From contig JBMNNH010000017.1 in NCBI GenBank assembly GCA_050953835.1, forward strand, positions 11,874-75,873: a stretch of 64,000 bases of DNA. The letters are read 5' to 3'. The position numbers and the translations under genes are program-made. Under the pieces are notes generated by a model. It saw only the letters and a list, made by a program, of their open reading frames with translations. It was not told where the DNA came from and made no database searches. Shown here piece by piece: positions 19,195-30,162 of the stretch. This stretch comes from Acetivibrionales bacterium. GTDB lineage: Bacteria; Bacillota; Clostridia; Acetivibrionales; JBMNNH01. The first letter of the stretch is position 1, and every line of letters starts with the position of its first letter.

Positions 19195-19335
19195 TGAAGT
19201 GTATGACAATATTCTATCATTAGAACAGTAGATTTGTAAATGTCCTAAGGAAAGGGTGGGTGTATTTTTTCTGTTCCTTCCAGCATTTTCTTCACATTTG
19301 TTACATACACCCGTTTAATGAGCTTGATTTGACAC
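19195..19335 (+). repeat. Dispersed intergenic repeat, copy D (block 1 and block 3, diverged middle)
   Basis: AAGTGTATGAC at 19197-19207. TTAATGAGCTTGATTTGACAC at 19315-19335 matches copy A at 18 of 21 nt. Confidence 0.55.
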
Positions 19336-19385
19336 AAAAAGGACGTAATTTGTGTTACCTTAATGGTTGTCCAAACCACGTCCCC
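19336..19385 (-). terminator. Possible lon terminator (GGACGT...ACGTCC followed by TTTTTG)
   Basis: 6 bp outer stem plus an inner GGTT/AACC stem, with a T-run on the minus strand. The loop is large, so the call is weak. Confidence 0.3.
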
Positions 19386-19410
19386 CTGTTACCTTATGTT
19401 ATATGGTTTA

Positions 19411-21867
19411 TTATTGTTCCATCAATGTTCCTTCATTTGAGTCTATGATATCTTGCTGACTATCTTCTATTATAACTTCATTCTTTTCTTTCTTCTTTTC
19501 AAAAGCAGCTTTTTTTACAAGTGTAGGTGAAACTCTCCTTACAAGGGCAGTGTTTAAAACAGTTTCCATTTCTGATGCTGTTACAAATCTAACCTTCTTC
19601 CTTACATTCTCTGGTATTTCATCCACATCCTTTTTATTGTCCACAGGTATGATTATCGTATCTATCCCTGCCCTGTGAGCTGCCAGAACCTTTTCCTTAA
19701 GCCCGCCTATAGGCAGTACCCTTCCTCTTAATGTGATTTCGCCGGTCATGGCCACATTCTTTCTGACCGGTATTCCGGTAACAGCCGAAACCAAAGCCGT
19801 AGCAAGGGTTATTCCGGCAGAAGGTCCATCCTTGGGGATAGCTCCTTCAGGAATATGGATATGGATATCATATTTACTGTGAAAATCCTTGTCAATGTTA
19901 AACTGTTTAGCTCTTGAACGTATAAAGCTTATAGCCGCCTTTGCAGACTCCTTCATAACATCCCCAAGATGGCCTGTAAGCTCAAGCTTTCCACCACCTT
20001 CAATAATTGTTGCTTCAATAGAAAGGGTATCACCGCCGACAGGTGTCCATGCAAGGCCAGTAGCTACTCCCACTTCGTCTTTTTCATTAACCATATCATA
20101 CCTGTATTTTCTCATTCCAAGAAACTTTTCAACCCTGGCCGGAGTAATCTTCATTGACTTTTTACCAGTTGAAATCAATTCTCTTGCTGCTTTTCTGCAT
20201 ACAGTAGCAATTTCCCTTTCCAAATTTCTTACACCAGCTTCTCTTGTGTAGTAGTTAATTATATCCCTTACAGCCTGTTCTTCAAACCTGATTCTTGTTT
20301 TTTTAAGCCCATGCTCCGTTATTTGCTTTGGAACAAGATAACCCATAGCAATATTGACCTTTTCCTCTTCAGTATAGCTGGACAGATAGATAACTTCCAT
20401 CCTGTCAAACAAAGGTCTTGGTATGGTATCCACATTATTGGCAGTAGTCAGGAATAATACATCCGACAAATCAAACGGGAGCTCCAGATAATGATCCCTG
20501 AACGAGAAGTTCTGCTCCGCATCAAGCACCTCCAACAGGGCTGAAGCAGGATCTCCTCTAAAATCACTGCTCATTTTGTCAATTTCATCCAATAGAATCA
20601 AAGGATTCTTAGAGCCTGCCTGCTTTAAAGCTGATATAATCCTTCCCGGCATAGCACCAACATATGTGCGTCTATGCCCTCTAATCTCAGCCTCGTCTCT
20701 CACCCCTCCAAGGGACATCCTTACATAATTTCTGTTAACAGCCCTGGCTATTGATTTTGCTATGGATGTTTTACCAACACCCGGAGGTCCAACAAGGCAT
20801 AATATAGGCCCCTTAAGGTTGTTCTTTAGCTTTCTTATTGCAAGATACTCTATTATCCTATCCTTGACTTTTTCCAAGCCATAATGGTCTTGATCCAATA
20901 TTTTTTCAGCTTTTTTTAAGTCAAGGACCTCATTAGTCTTCTTACTCCAGGGAAGATCAAATATCCAGTCCAGATAGGTCCTGACAACTGTTCCCTCCGC
21001 TGATCCTGAAGGCATCTTTGACAGGCGGTCCAGTTCCTTTAACACCTTTTCCTCAGCTTCTTCCGGCAAATTAGCTTTCTTAAGCTTCTTTTTATACTCT
21101 TCCACTTCAGCAGCTATTCCGTCTTTGTCTCCCAATTCACTCTGTATGGCTTTTAACTGCTCCCTTAAATAATACTCTTTCTGCATTTTATCTATTTGTT
21201 TTCTTACTTTTGCATTTATTTTTTTCTCTATCTGTAGTATTTCAATCTCCTTGGTGAGTATTTCAAGCAGCTTTTCCATTCTTGACACCGGGTGAAACTC
21301 ATTTATTATATCCTGTTTTTGTTCTACCTTAAGAAATATATTTGAAGTAATAATGTCAGACAATTGCCCTATGTCTTCTATGGATTCTACTGAAAACAGT
21401 ACATCCTGTGATATCCTGGCACTGAGTTTGGCATACTCCCCAAAGGTCTCAATAAGCCGCCTTTTCAGTGCCTCAGTTTCAACCCTTGTGCTTTCATCAA
21501 GCATATAGATTTTTTCCTCAACCTCTGCCATAAAAAATGGTTCAGTATGGATATACTCACTGATCTCTGCCCTGTTTAAACCTTCAACCAAAACTCTTAT
21601 AGCATTTCCCGGAAGTTTCAACAACTGTTTAACCTTGGAAATGGTACCTACTCTATAAATATCCTCCACATCCGGAGAATCCAGCTTTGCATCTTTTTGC
21701 GTAACCAGGAAAATAAGCTGGTTATTAACCATAGCCTCTTCCAAAGCCTTTACAGATTTCTCCCTTCCCACGTCAAAATGTAATATCATATATGGAAACA
21801 CTGTAAGTCCTCTTAACGGCAAAAGCGGTAATACCTGTTTTTTAATTATTTTTTTGGATTCCAACAT
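19411..21867 (-). CDS. lon: ATP-dependent Lon protease (LonA)
   Basis: 818 aa with Walker [10 protein letters not shown] and protease Ser motif PKDGPSAG, plus an N-terminal LON substrate-binding domain. Confidence 0.95.
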   Translation of the reverse strand: MLESKKIIKKQVLPLLPLRGLTVFPYMILHFDVGREKSVKALEEAMVNNQLIFLVTQKDAKLDSPDVEDIYRVGTISKVKQLLKLPGNAIRVLVEGLNRAEISEYIHTEPFFMAEVEEKIYMLDESTRVETEALKRRLIETFGEYAKLSARISQDVLFSVESIEDIGQLSDIITSNIFLKVEQKQDIINEFHPVSRMEKLLEILTKEIEILQIEKKINAKVRKQIDKMQKEYYLREQLKAIQSELGDKDGIAAEVEEYKKKLKKANLPEEAEEKVLKELDRLSKMPSGSAEGTVVRTYLDWIFDLPWSKKTNEVLDLKKAEKILDQDHYGLEKVKDRIIEYLAIRKLKNNLKGPILCLVGPPGVGKTSIAKSIARAVNRNYVRMSLGGVRDEAEIRGHRRTYVGAMPGRIISALKQAGSKNPLILLDEIDKMSSDFRGDPASALLEVLDAEQNFSFRDHYLELPFDLSDVLFLTTANNVDTIPRPLFDRMEVIYLSSYTEEEKVNIAMGYLVPKQITEHGLKKTRIRFEEQAVRDIINYYTREAGVRNLEREIATVCRKAARELISTGKKSMKITPARVEKFLGMRKYRYDMVNEKDEVGVATGLAWTPVGGDTLSIEATIIEGGGKLELTGHLGDVMKESAKAAISFIRSRAKQFNIDKDFHSKYDIHIHIPEGAIPKDGPSAGITLATALVSAVTGIPVRKNVAMTGEITLRGRVLPIGGLKEKVLAAHRAGIDTIIIPVDNKKDVDEIPENVRKKVRFVTASEMETVLNTALVRRVSPTLVKKAAFEKKKEKNEVIIEDSQQDIIDSNEGTLMEQ

Positions 21868-21956
21868 TCGACCATCCCTTCATATTTATACCAACTCTAA
21901 ATTACTACATATTGTTTATGTTTATGACTACTATAGTTCTCTTGTTAATGGTCAAC

Positions 21957-21985
21957 ATTATACATATTTAACGGATTAATTTCAA
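21957..21985 (-). promoter_or_regulatory. Sigma-A type promoter for lon (TTGAAA-17-TATAAT)
   Basis: On the minus strand, -35 lies at 21980-21985 and -10 at 21957-21962, with an exact 17 nt spacer. Confidence 0.5.
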
Positions 21986-22017
21986 TTGTTTTATATGGTA
22001 TAGAAGGTAACAACTTC

Positions 22018-22647
22018 TTAACCTCTTTTCCTTCTAATTTCATAGAGTTGTTCCAGCTTATCTTCAGGAAGCTCCCTTTCCCCTCCCAATTGTTTTGCCA
22101 GCATCAGTACCCGTGCCATACTCTCCGCTGACTCCAGTTTAAAAAAGGCATCGTATACATCCCGGCCTATAGCCATAATCCCGTGATTTGCAAGGAGGAC
22201 TATATCATGATCTTTAAGTAAACCTTCAAACCCGCAATATATTTCATCTGTAGATGGAGTTCCATATGGAACCAAAGGTATCCTGTCAAAAAGGACAATC
22301 ATTTCCGGATAAGCTCTTGTTTCTATAGGCCTGTTGGCCAGAGCATACGCAGTAGCATAAGGAGAGTGCGCATGGACAACAGACTTTATATCATGCCTGT
22401 ACCTGTACGCGGCAAGATGCATTTTTATTTCCGAGGAAGGCATATGATCTCCCTTTAAAACATTACCATCCATATCCGTAACAACAATCATGTCTTCTGT
22501 AAGAAAGCCTTTGCAAACGGCACTGGGCGTTATATACACTTTTCCGTTATCAAGAATGGACACATTACCTTCAAATGCATTTACCATTCCCTTTTCATAC
22601 ATCAGTTTTGATACTTTAACTATTTTTTTCCTGATTTCTTCTGCCAT
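22018..22647 (-). CDS. Class II aldolase/adducin family protein (fuculose-phosphate aldolase-like)
   Basis: Metal-binding His pattern (HLAAY..., VVHAHSPYATA). Start at MAEEIRKK, preceded by GAAGGGGA. Confidence 0.75.
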   Translation of the reverse strand: MAEEIRKKIVKVSKLMYEKGMVNAFEGNVSILDNGKVYITPSAVCKGFLTEDMIVVTDMDGNVLKGDHMPSSEIKMHLAAYRYRHDIKSVVHAHSPYATAYALANRPIETRAYPEMIVLFDRIPLVPYGTPSTDEIYCGFEGLLKDHDIVLLANHGIMAIGRDVYDAFFKLESAESMARVLMLAKQLGGERELPEDKLEQLYEIRRKRG

Positions 22648-22730
22648 CAGCAATCCCCTTCTTGTTTTATAAGTATTTAATACCACTATGTGCAATTGAG
22701 AAACAAAATATTTTTGTTATAAATTAAAGC

Positions 22731-22753
22731 AAGCGAGAAATTGTTTCCCGCTT
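22731..22753 (-). terminator. Hairpin AAGCGGGAAA-CAA-TTTCTCGCTT followed by a T-rich tract
   Basis: 9 of 10 bp stem about 200 nt downstream of the MCP stop. Likely the end of the MCP transcript. Confidence 0.4.
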
Positions 22754-22821
22754 ATACCTATTTCCATTACATATATTATCAAATTTAACACCTCACATCA
22801 AGTATAAAACAGCGTGGAGCT

Positions 22822-22945
22822 GCATATCTTCTGTATGACACATAATTATGGAATGGACATTGTGGAGAGGATATAGAGGCTGCTTAATGAAACTGATACA
22901 GGGTCAAATCATGTTTGAGCCGGCTTACCAATGACTCATTAATTC
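22822..22945 (+). repeat. Dispersed intergenic repeat, copy B (blocks 1-3)
   Basis: CATATCTTCTGTATGACA (22823-22840), ATTGTGGAGAGGATATAGAGGCTGC (22859-22883) and TTAATGAAACTGAT (22884-22897). An inverted TCATTAA lies at 22935-22941. Confidence 0.7.
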
Positions 22946-22951
22946 AAACTG

Positions 22952-24406
22952 TTAGAATACAGTTTCACCATTTTCACTCATTTCTTTGGTAATTCTAATT
23001 ATTTCATTGAAAATTCCAATAATCTTTTCTGAGAGGCTTTGAGCCTCATTGACCAAATCTATAAGCTTTTCATATGCATCTTCCTTCATGCACCTGATTA
23101 CATCATCCGCTTTGGTATGCAATTGTGAATGATACTCATCAACCTGTCTCCATAGGGGAAGAATTTTATCCGAGGTTGGGAGCACTGCGTGGTAAAAATG
23201 GCCAAACCCACATTTATGGTCATCAGTTTGAATTGGAACAATCTTCTTGTCATTGGCTATTTGCCTCAATGTTTCCATCCAGTTTTTATGAGCCGTTATT
23301 GCTGATTCCATAACCTGGATGAACTCGTGGTTATTAATGCTGTAAAACCTGTCATTGGTGAGTATACCTGCCCTTTCAACTAAAAAATCAACATTTTCTT
23401 CGATATGCGCAATCTTAGCAGCAACCTCAGACAAATCTTCGCCTATCTTATCTATAGTATTAGATGCCATGGCTACATTTTCAGCATCACTGCTCACCAT
23501 ATTCATTGCTGCGGTTACTTCCTGGAGGGATGCATTAAGCTGCTGGTTAAAGGATGATATATTACTCAGGCTGTCGGTTATTTTACCTATAGAATCTGAA
23601 TTAATCATCATTGCATCCGCAATCTCTTCCACAGCTTTATTCACCTTTTGGATAGAGTCAACGGTTTTTATTACACTTTCTGAAGTTTTACCGGAAGCCG
23701 CATTAATTTCTTTAAGGAAATCATCCATTGAGCTTAGAAGCTCCTTGGTAGTGTCCGAAAGTTTTCTGATTTCATTAGCTACTACTGCAAAGCCCTTTCC
23801 TGCTTCCCCTGCCCTGGCAGCTTCAATAGAAGCATTTAATGCCAGAAGGTTTGTTTGATCTGAAATGGCATATATTCCTTCTATATTATTTTCTATAGAC
23901 TTTATTATATTGATGAGATTGCTTACATCTTCCTTCATGCTGTTTGATTGGGCTATTACTTGATGATTTTCCGACTTGATTTCTTCTATTACTGTAATAT
24001 TCTTACGAGTGTTATCGTATAAAGTCCCTGCCTGCTCGGATATGTTTTCCAGAGACTCTGTAAATTCAGCATTTGAGTCCGTAATCTGGGTAATTGAGGC
24101 AGTAGTCTGCTCAAACGCAGAATACACTGTTTCGGCCATGCTATTCAGTTCTGATGTTGTAGATTTGATTTTGTCACTATAAAAATTCAGAATAAGATCA
24201 AAACTGCTTATCTGAGTTGCAACATCAAATATTTTTTTTATTATGGCTCCAACATCCTTTTTCCCTTCAATAAGCTTTTGGTTTAACTGCTTAATCTCTC
24301 TTATAATTAGGCTTCCTTTTTCTTTAAGCTGATTCTCCACTACCTGGAAATTACCATTATTAATATTTTTTATAGTGTTTTGTAACAAATTCCTGCTTGA
24401 AAACAT
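22952..24406 (-). CDS. Soluble methyl-accepting chemotaxis protein with C-terminal CZB (zinc-binding) domain
   Basis: MA signalling core [33 protein letters not shown]-like [10 protein letters not shown] ... H motif at the C-terminus. No TM or HAMP segment seen. Confidence 0.8.
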   Translation of the reverse strand: MFSSRNLLQNTIKNINNGNFQVVENQLKEKGSLIIREIKQLNQKLIEGKKDVGAIIKKIFDVATQISSFDLILNFYSDKIKSTTSELNSMAETVYSAFEQTTASITQITDSNAEFTESLENISEQAGTLYDNTRKNITVIEEIKSENHQVIAQSNSMKEDVSNLINIIKSIENNIEGIYAISDQTNLLALNASIEAARAGEAGKGFAVVANEIRKLSDTTKELLSSMDDFLKEINAASGKTSESVIKTVDSIQKVNKAVEEIADAMMINSDSIGKITDSLSNISSFNQQLNASLQEVTAAMNMVSSDAENVAMASNTIDKIGEDLSEVAAKIAHIEENVDFLVERAGILTNDRFYSINNHEFIQVMESAITAHKNWMETLRQIANDKKIVPIQTDDHKCGFGHFYHAVLPTSDKILPLWRQVDEYHSQLHTKADDVIRCMKEDAYEKLIDLVNEAQSLSEKIIGIFNEIIRITKEMSENGETVF

Positions 24407-24480
24407 AGATTATCCCCCTGGTAACTATTCTGATATAATTATTACTGCTTGTATTTACATTATCTATACCCATATAGTTT

Positions 24481-25413
24481 TTAAAACAAACACGGTTTTT
24501 CTGTTGATGCAGCCTTTATTAACCCGTTTTCAACCTGCCTGAGTGAAGGAATTGACTTTCTGCCTCCCTGTGATCCAACCGATATACAGGCCGCCATTGA
24601 GGATAATTGCAAAATATCAAAAAGAGGCATATTCTTTAATACTCCGTATGCAAACGCCCCATGAAAAATGTCCCCTGCCCCTGTAGTATCAACTGCATCT
24701 GCTTTAAAGGCTTTCATATGTATTAGCTTACCATCCTTTTCATATATAAGCCCCTTCTCCCCAATTGTAACAACAACCTGTTTTTTATTGAGCACCTTAA
24801 GTGTATTAATACACTTCTTTTGATTTTCCTTGGAGATTAAATCAGGCAATCCTGTGTATGAAAGTGCAAACCTTTCAGAACATACCAAATAGTCAACCTT
24901 TCCACCCAGCACTTCCGTCCCTTCCCTTAGTGAGCCTGCATCAAGAATGGTTTTTGCCGAAGGGAAAGCCTCCATAGCAGTCAGAGAAGCTTCCAGCTCA
25001 TGCCCGTCAAATAACATAACTATAGGATTCAGCTTCTTTAACCTTCTTATATCCACCTGCAGATTCATATTCTTGCTTCTGCGGCTTATTATAGTCCTGC
25101 TTCCATTCTTTTTATTTACCATTACGATGGATAAGGGGGTTCCCAGAGACTCGTGCTTTTGGAGCATTGAAATATCTGTATTAATCTCTTTAAATTCCTG
25201 TTCTATATGCCTTCCGTACACGTCATCCCCAATAATCCCAGCAAAAGCACTATCAACACCCCACTTCGAGAGGAGGTAAGCTGCATTGGCTGCCGGCCCA
25301 CCTCCTTCTTCGAGCATATTTTCTATATGTACTTTCGTGTTTTCCTCAGGAAAATATTCCAGAGGAACATTTATATCATATGCAACAGCACCGATACACA
25401 AAACGTCCGCCAT
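24481..25413 (-). CDS. PfkB-family carbohydrate kinase (ribokinase-like)
   Basis: GGGPAANAA and DTTGAGD motifs. Start at MADVLCIGAV. Confidence 0.8.
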   Translation of the reverse strand: MADVLCIGAVAYDINVPLEYFPEENTKVHIENMLEEGGGPAANAAYLLSKWGVDSAFAGIIGDDVYGRHIEQEFKEINTDISMLQKHESLGTPLSIVMVNKKNGSRTIISRRSKNMNLQVDIRRLKKLNPIVMLFDGHELEASLTAMEAFPSAKTILDAGSLREGTEVLGGKVDYLVCSERFALSYTGLPDLISKENQKKCINTLKVLNKKQVVVTIGEKGLIYEKDGKLIHMKAFKADAVDTTGAGDIFHGAFAYGVLKNMPLFDILQLSSMAACISVGSQGGRKSIPSLRQVENGLIKAASTEKPCLF

Positions 25414-25484
25414 TTTATCCGCAACTCCTTTTTTCAAAAAAAGAACTCACAGTATCAATACTGTGAGCTCATGTAAAACAGCAA

Positions 25485-26687
25485 TTATTCTATAATAGAA
25501 GTAACAGTTCCTGCTCCTACAGTCCTGCCGCCTTCACGGATAGCAAACCTCAAGCCTTCTTCCATAGCAATGGGAGTTATCAGCTTGATTTCCATATCTA
25601 TGTGGTCCCCCGGCATAACCATTTCTACACCTTCAGGTAGTTTTGCAACACCGGTAACGTCAGTTGTCCTGAAATAGAACTGCGGCCTGTAACCATTGAA
25701 GAAAGGAGTATGCCTTCCACCTTCCTCTTTAGTTAAAACGTAAACCTGTCCCTTAAAATGTGTATGAGGCTTGATGGAACCAGGTTTAGCCAGAACCTGT
25801 CCTCTTTCTATTTCACTTCTTTGCACTCCTCTTAAAAGTGCTCCAATATTATCACCGGCAACAGCTTGGTCAAGGAGCTTCCTGAACATTTCCACTCCTG
25901 TAACAACTGTCTTTCTTGATTCATCCATTAAACCTACGATTTCAACTTCATCGCCAACTTTAACAGTTCCTCTTTCAACCCTGCCTGTAGCAACTGTTCC
26001 ACGGCCTGTAATTGAGAACACGTCCTCGACGGGCATGATAAATGGCTTATCGGTTGCCCTTTCAGGTGTCGGTACATATTCGTCTACTTTTTCCATAAGC
26101 TCTACAATTGGCCTATATTCTGGTGCATTAGGATCATTGGATTCAGACTCAAGTGCAACCAGAGCAGAACCTCTGACTATAGGAATATCATCCCCAGGGA
26201 ATTCATAGGAACTAAGCAGTTCTCTGACTTCCATTTCAACCAGTTCAATCAACTCTTCATCGTCTACCATATCAGTCTTATTTAAAAATACGACTATGTA
26301 TGGTACACCAACCTGACGGGCAAGCAGGATATGTTCCCTTGTCTGAGGCATTGGGCCATCAGCAGCCGAAACAACCAGAATAGCGCCATCCATTTGGGCA
26401 GCACCTGTTATCATGTTTTTAACGTAGTCTGCATGGCCAGGGCAGTCAACGTGTGCATAGTGCCTTGTATCTGTTTCGTATTCAACATGGGAAGTTGAAA
26501 TTGTGATTCCTCTTGCCTTTTCTTCAGGCGCCTTATCAATCTGGTCATATGCCTGGAAATTAGCTTTTCCAAGGAATCCGAATACTTTTGTTATAGCTGC
26601 TGTTAAAGTGGTCTTGCCGTGGTCAACGTGACCTATGGTCCCAATGTTAACATGTGGTTTCGTTCTTTCAAATTTTGCTTTTGCCAT
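25485..26687 (-). CDS. tuf: Elongation factor Tu
   Basis: [17 protein letters not shown] and NKTD GTPase motifs in 400 aa. RBS AAGGAGGAG. Confidence 0.98.
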   Translation of the reverse strand: MAKAKFERTKPHVNIGTIGHVDHGKTTLTAAITKVFGFLGKANFQAYDQIDKAPEEKARGITISTSHVEYETDTRHYAHVDCPGHADYVKNMITGAAQMDGAILVVSAADGPMPQTREHILLARQVGVPYIVVFLNKTDMVDDEELIELVEMEVRELLSSYEFPGDDIPIVRGSALVALESESNDPNAPEYRPIVELMEKVDEYVPTPERATDKPFIMPVEDVFSITGRGTVATGRVERGTVKVGDEVEIVGLMDESRKTVVTGVEMFRKLLDQAVAGDNIGALLRGVQRSEIERGQVLAKPGSIKPHTHFKGQVYVLTKEEGGRHTPFFNGYRPQFYFRTTDVTGVAKLPEGVEMVMPGDHIDMEIKLITPIAMEEGLRFAIREGGRTVGAGTVTSIIE

Positions 26688-26770
26688 TATTAAATCTCCT
26701 CCTTATTTTCAGTATCCCTAATACAATACTGAAACTATATTTTGTAATTATTAATATATTTAATTATACC

Positions 26771-26803
26771 GCGGGAATTATTCATTATATAAGTAATTCC
26801 CGC
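26771..26803 (-). terminator. Intercistronic hairpin between fusA and tuf (GCGGGAATTA-N13-TAATTCCCGC)
   Basis: Perfect 10 bp stem. The U-tract on the minus strand is poor, so it is a partial terminator or processing site at best. TATAAT follows immediately on the minus strand. Confidence 0.35.
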
Positions 26804-26822
26804 TATTTTGACCAACACTTTG

Positions 26823-28889
26823 TTATATACTTATTATCTTTTCCTGGATACTCTTGGGTACTTCTTCATAGTGACTGAACTGCATTGTAAATGTACCCCT
26901 TCCCTGAGTCCTTGAGCGAAGCTCGGTAGCATATCCGAACATTTCCGCCAGGGGTACATTAGCAGTAACCACCTGGAAACCCGACCTCATTTCCATGCCT
27001 TCAATCCTGCCTCTTCTCGAATTCAGGTCTCCCATTACATCACCCATGTATTCCTCGGGAACCTGTACATCTACTTTCATAATAGGCTCCAAAAGCACAG
27101 GATCAGCTCTGCGGCATCCTTCCTTAAAGCCAATTGAAGCTGCAATCTTGAATGCCATTTCAGATGAATCAACTTCATGGTATGAGCCGTCATAAAGGGT
27201 AACCTTTACATCAAGCACCTGGTATCCCCCCAGAACGCCATTATTCATGGCATCCTGTATACCTGCATCAATAGCCGGTATATACTCTTTAGGTATTGTT
27301 CCTCCAACTATTTTGTTTACAAACTCATATCCTGCACCGGGTTCCTGAGGTTCAATTTCAAGCATACAGTGTCCATACTGACCTCTGCCTCCTGACTGCC
27401 TGATGAACCTGCCTTCTGACTTGACAGCTTTTTTGATAGTCTCCCTATATGAAACCTGCGGTTTTCCTACATTTGCTTCAACCTTAAACTCTCTGAGCAA
27501 GCGGTCAACAATAATGTCAAGATGCAACTCTCCCATACCGGAAATAATAGTCTGCCCCGTTTCCTTGTTTGTGTATGATTTGAATGTGGGGTCTTCTTCA
27601 GAAAGCTTCTGCAGTGCCAGAGTCATCTTATCCTGCCCTGCTTTCGTTTTTGGCTCAATTGCAATGTGTATGACAGGCTCAGGAAACTCCATAGATTCAA
27701 GGATGATCGGGTTTTCACTGTCGCAAAGAGTGTCACCGGTACTTGTAAACTTTAACCCGACAGCTGCAGCAATATCCCCGGAATATACCATATCTACTTC
27801 TTCCCTGTGGTTGGCATGCATCAATAGTATTCTTCCAATTCTCTCCTTTTTGTCCTTGGTTGAGTTATATACATATGACCCTGAACTCAGTTTCCCTGAA
27901 TATACTCTGAAAAAGCAGAGTTTCCCAACAAACGGATCTGTCATTATTTTAAATGCCAATGCCGAGAAGGGGCCATCGTCATCTGCAGTTCTTTCAAACT
28001 CTTCTTCACCATCTAAAGACACTCCTTTAATTGGAGGTATATCCAGTGGCGAAGGCAAATAATCAATTATAGCGTCAAGCAACCTCTGCACACCTTTATT
28101 CTTATAGGATGAACCACATGCAACAGGTATAATATCAACCTTTATTGTAGCTTTTCTTATACATGCACGCAACTCTTCTTCGGTTATTTCTTCTCCTTCA
28201 AGATACTTCATCATCGTTCCTTCGTCTTGTTCAGCAACAGCTTCGAGTAAGTTGTTTCGATATTCCTCTACAACCTCTTTCATATCTTCCGGTATAGGAC
28301 CCTCTTCTATTAATGTTCCAAGTTCATCTCTGTAAAAATATGCCTTCATTGCGACCAGGTCTACAATACCCTGAAAATTTTCCTCTTTTCCGATGGGAAT
28401 TTGAATAGGCACGGCATTCGCTTTCAGCCTATCCTTCATCATTTTCACACAATTGAAAAAGTCTGCTCCCATGATGTCCATTTTATTTACATATGCAATA
28501 CGGGGGACATGATACTTGTCAGCCTGCCTCCATACGGTTTCAGTCTGAGGTTCTACCCCTCCTTTTGCGCAAAAAAGTGTTACTGAACCATCGAGAACGC
28601 GAAGTGATCTCTCAACTTCAACTGTAAAGTCAACGTGCCCTGGCGTATCAATAATATTAATCCTTTTTCCCTTCCATTGAGCAGTAGTTGCAGCAGAAGT
28701 AATAGTAATACCCCTTTCCTGCTCTTGTTCCATCCAATCCATAGCAGCAGCGCCTTCATGCGTTTCTCCCATTTTATGCAGCTTTCCTGTATAGAATAGG
28801 ATACGTTCTGTTGTTGTGGTCTTTCCTGCATCTATATGAGCCATTATCCCTATGTTTCTTGTATTTTCCAAACTAAACTGCCTGGGCAT
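26823..28889 (-). CDS. fusA: Elongation factor G
   Basis: [17 protein letters not shown] and NKMD motifs. Start at MPRQFSLE, preceded by AGGAGGG. Confidence 0.98.
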   Translation of the reverse strand: MPRQFSLENTRNIGIMAHIDAGKTTTTERILFYTGKLHKMGETHEGAAAMDWMEQEQERGITITSAATTAQWKGKRINIIDTPGHVDFTVEVERSLRVLDGSVTLFCAKGGVEPQTETVWRQADKYHVPRIAYVNKMDIMGADFFNCVKMMKDRLKANAVPIQIPIGKEENFQGIVDLVAMKAYFYRDELGTLIEEGPIPEDMKEVVEEYRNNLLEAVAEQDEGTMMKYLEGEEITEEELRACIRKATIKVDIIPVACGSSYKNKGVQRLLDAIIDYLPSPLDIPPIKGVSLDGEEEFERTADDDGPFSALAFKIMTDPFVGKLCFFRVYSGKLSSGSYVYNSTKDKKERIGRILLMHANHREEVDMVYSGDIAAAVGLKFTSTGDTLCDSENPIILESMEFPEPVIHIAIEPKTKAGQDKMTLALQKLSEEDPTFKSYTNKETGQTIISGMGELHLDIIVDRLLREFKVEANVGKPQVSYRETIKKAVKSEGRFIRQSGGRGQYGHCMLEIEPQEPGAGYEFVNKIVGGTIPKEYIPAIDAGIQDAMNNGVLGGYQVLDVKVTLYDGSYHEVDSSEMAFKIAASIGFKEGCRRADPVLLEPIMKVDVQVPEEYMGDVMGDLNSRRGRIEGMEMRSGFQVVTANVPLAEMFGYATELRSRTQGRGTFTMQFSHYEEVPKSIQEKIISI

Positions 28890-28995
28890 CCTTACCCTCC
28901 TTTCCATTCACGATAGTTCCAATATATGGGGGTACACTCCAGGCAACAGATAACAGAGGTTTTCTGTTGTCCAGTTCCGGACTGTCCCCATTACT

Positions 28996-29466
28996 TTACC
29001 AGCGATAATGGGCAAAAGCTCTATTAGCTTCAGCCATCTTGTGCGTATCTTCTTTTTTCTTATATGCTCCGCCCATGCTGTTGGTAGCATCTATTATTTC
29101 AGCGGCAAGCCTTTCCTTCATGGTTCTCTCCCCTCTGGCGCGCGAATAATTCACTAACCATCTGAGGCCAAGAGCTTCACGCCTTTCAGGCCTAACTTCC
29201 ATTGGAACCTGATAGGTCGCACCGCCGACCCTTCTTGCCTTTACTTCTAAAACAGGCATAATATTGTTCAAAGCATCCTCAAAAACCTCTAGAGGATCTT
29301 TTCCTGTTTTTTCTTTAATAATATCAAATGCTCCATAGCAAATCTTCTGGGCAATTCCTTTTTTACCGTCCAGCATAATATTATTTATTAGCTTTGTTAC
29401 AACCCTGTTATTATATAACGGATCCGGTAAAACATCTCTCTTAGAGATATGACCTTTTCTTGGCAC
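28996..29466 (-). CDS. rpsG: 30S ribosomal protein S7
   Basis: [18 protein letters not shown]... with a GTG start after AAGAGGAGGGAAG. Confidence 0.97.
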   Translation of the reverse strand: MPRKGHISKRDVLPDPLYNNRVVTKLINNIMLDGKKGIAQKICYGAFDIIKEKTGKDPLEVFEDALNNIMPVLEVKARRVGGATYQVPMEVRPERREALGLRWLVNYSRARGERTMKERLAAEIIDATNSMGGAYKKKEDTHKMAEANRAFAHYRW

Positions 29467-29685
29467 CTTACTTCCCTCCTCTTAAACTAATAATATCATC
29501 GGTACTCGCAGCCTGCACCTTTCATAACTGGTACGGGCCGTCGTCAGTGCGCTGTACTGTATTACTTTATATATTAAATTGTATCATATATAAACAACGT
29601 ACTTCACACCGCCGTTACAGTCCAAATTCCTATTAAACTTGTTTTTACCTTCTTATTCGGCATTTGGCCATACTTGATAAATACC
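29467..29685 (-). promoter_or_regulatory. Unusually long (219 nt) rpsL-rpsG spacer, possible structured or regulatory RNA
   Basis: Non-coding in all frames. Contains GC-rich complementary segments (ACTGTAACGG / CCGTACCAGT) and an extended -10-like TGATACAAT. Confidence 0.3.
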
Positions 29686-30111
29686 TTACTTTGCTGCACC
29701 GGCTTTTGGCCTTTTTGCACCATACTTGGAACGTGCCTGCTTTCTGTTTGCCACACCTGCAGTGTCAAGAGTTCCTCTAATAATATGGTACCTGACACCA
29801 GGCAAATCCTTAACCCTTCCCCCTCTTATCAGCACAACACTATGTTCCTGAAGGTTGTGTCCAATACCAGGGATATAAGCCGTAACCTCAATACCGTTGG
29901 TTAAACGTACCCTTGCTACCTTTCTCAAAGCTGAGTTTGGTTTCTTCGGAGTACTGGTTTTTACAACAGTACATACACCTCTCTTTTGAGGTGAGTTCAA
30001 ATCAATTGGCCTCTTCTTCAAGGAATTCAAACCTTTTTGTAAAGCAGGGGATGTACCCTTTTTCTCAATAGTTTCTCTGCCTTTTCTGACTAATTGGTTA
30101 AACGTTGGCAT
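29686..30111 (-). CDS. rpsL: 30S ribosomal protein S12
   Basis: [12 protein letters not shown]... with the KKPNSALRK motif. Confidence 0.98.
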   Translation of the reverse strand: MPTFNQLVRKGRETIEKKGTSPALQKGLNSLKKRPIDLNSPQKRGVCTVVKTSTPKKPNSALRKVARVRLTNGIEVTAYIPGIGHNLQEHSVVLIRGGRVKDLPGVRYHIIRGTLDTAGVANRKQARSKYGAKRPKAGAAK

Positions 30112-30162
30112 TTTGCTACACCTCCTTTCAAATCCATATATTATATAATTTGTTATTTACCC

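Noticed and set aside
19260-19448. 62 aa plus-strand ORF in the lon / phosphatase spacer
   Set aside because: It has a GTG start and overlaps the 3' end of lon. The composition is not protein-like, and it spans the putative lon terminator.
21940-21975. GGTCAAC near the lon promoter as a CtsR operator. Also looked for CIRCE/HrcA sites.
   Set aside because: Only a single heptad is present, whereas a CtsR operator needs a tandem GGTCAAA repeat. No TTAGCACTC-N9-GAGTGCTAA element occurs anywhere in the window, and the groEL promoter lies outside it.
27403-28062. 219 aa plus-strand ORF inside fusA. Similar long antisense ORFs occur inside the Ca ATPase (55037-55732), groEL (62868-63515), rpoC (30627-31154, 32103-32594), ilvD, tuf and cvpA/DUF5711 (46206-46739).
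   Set aside because: All lie entirely antisense to strongly conserved genes and have low-complexity Ser/Ile/Pro-rich translations with no RBS. They are typical shadow ORFs in stop-poor antisense frames.
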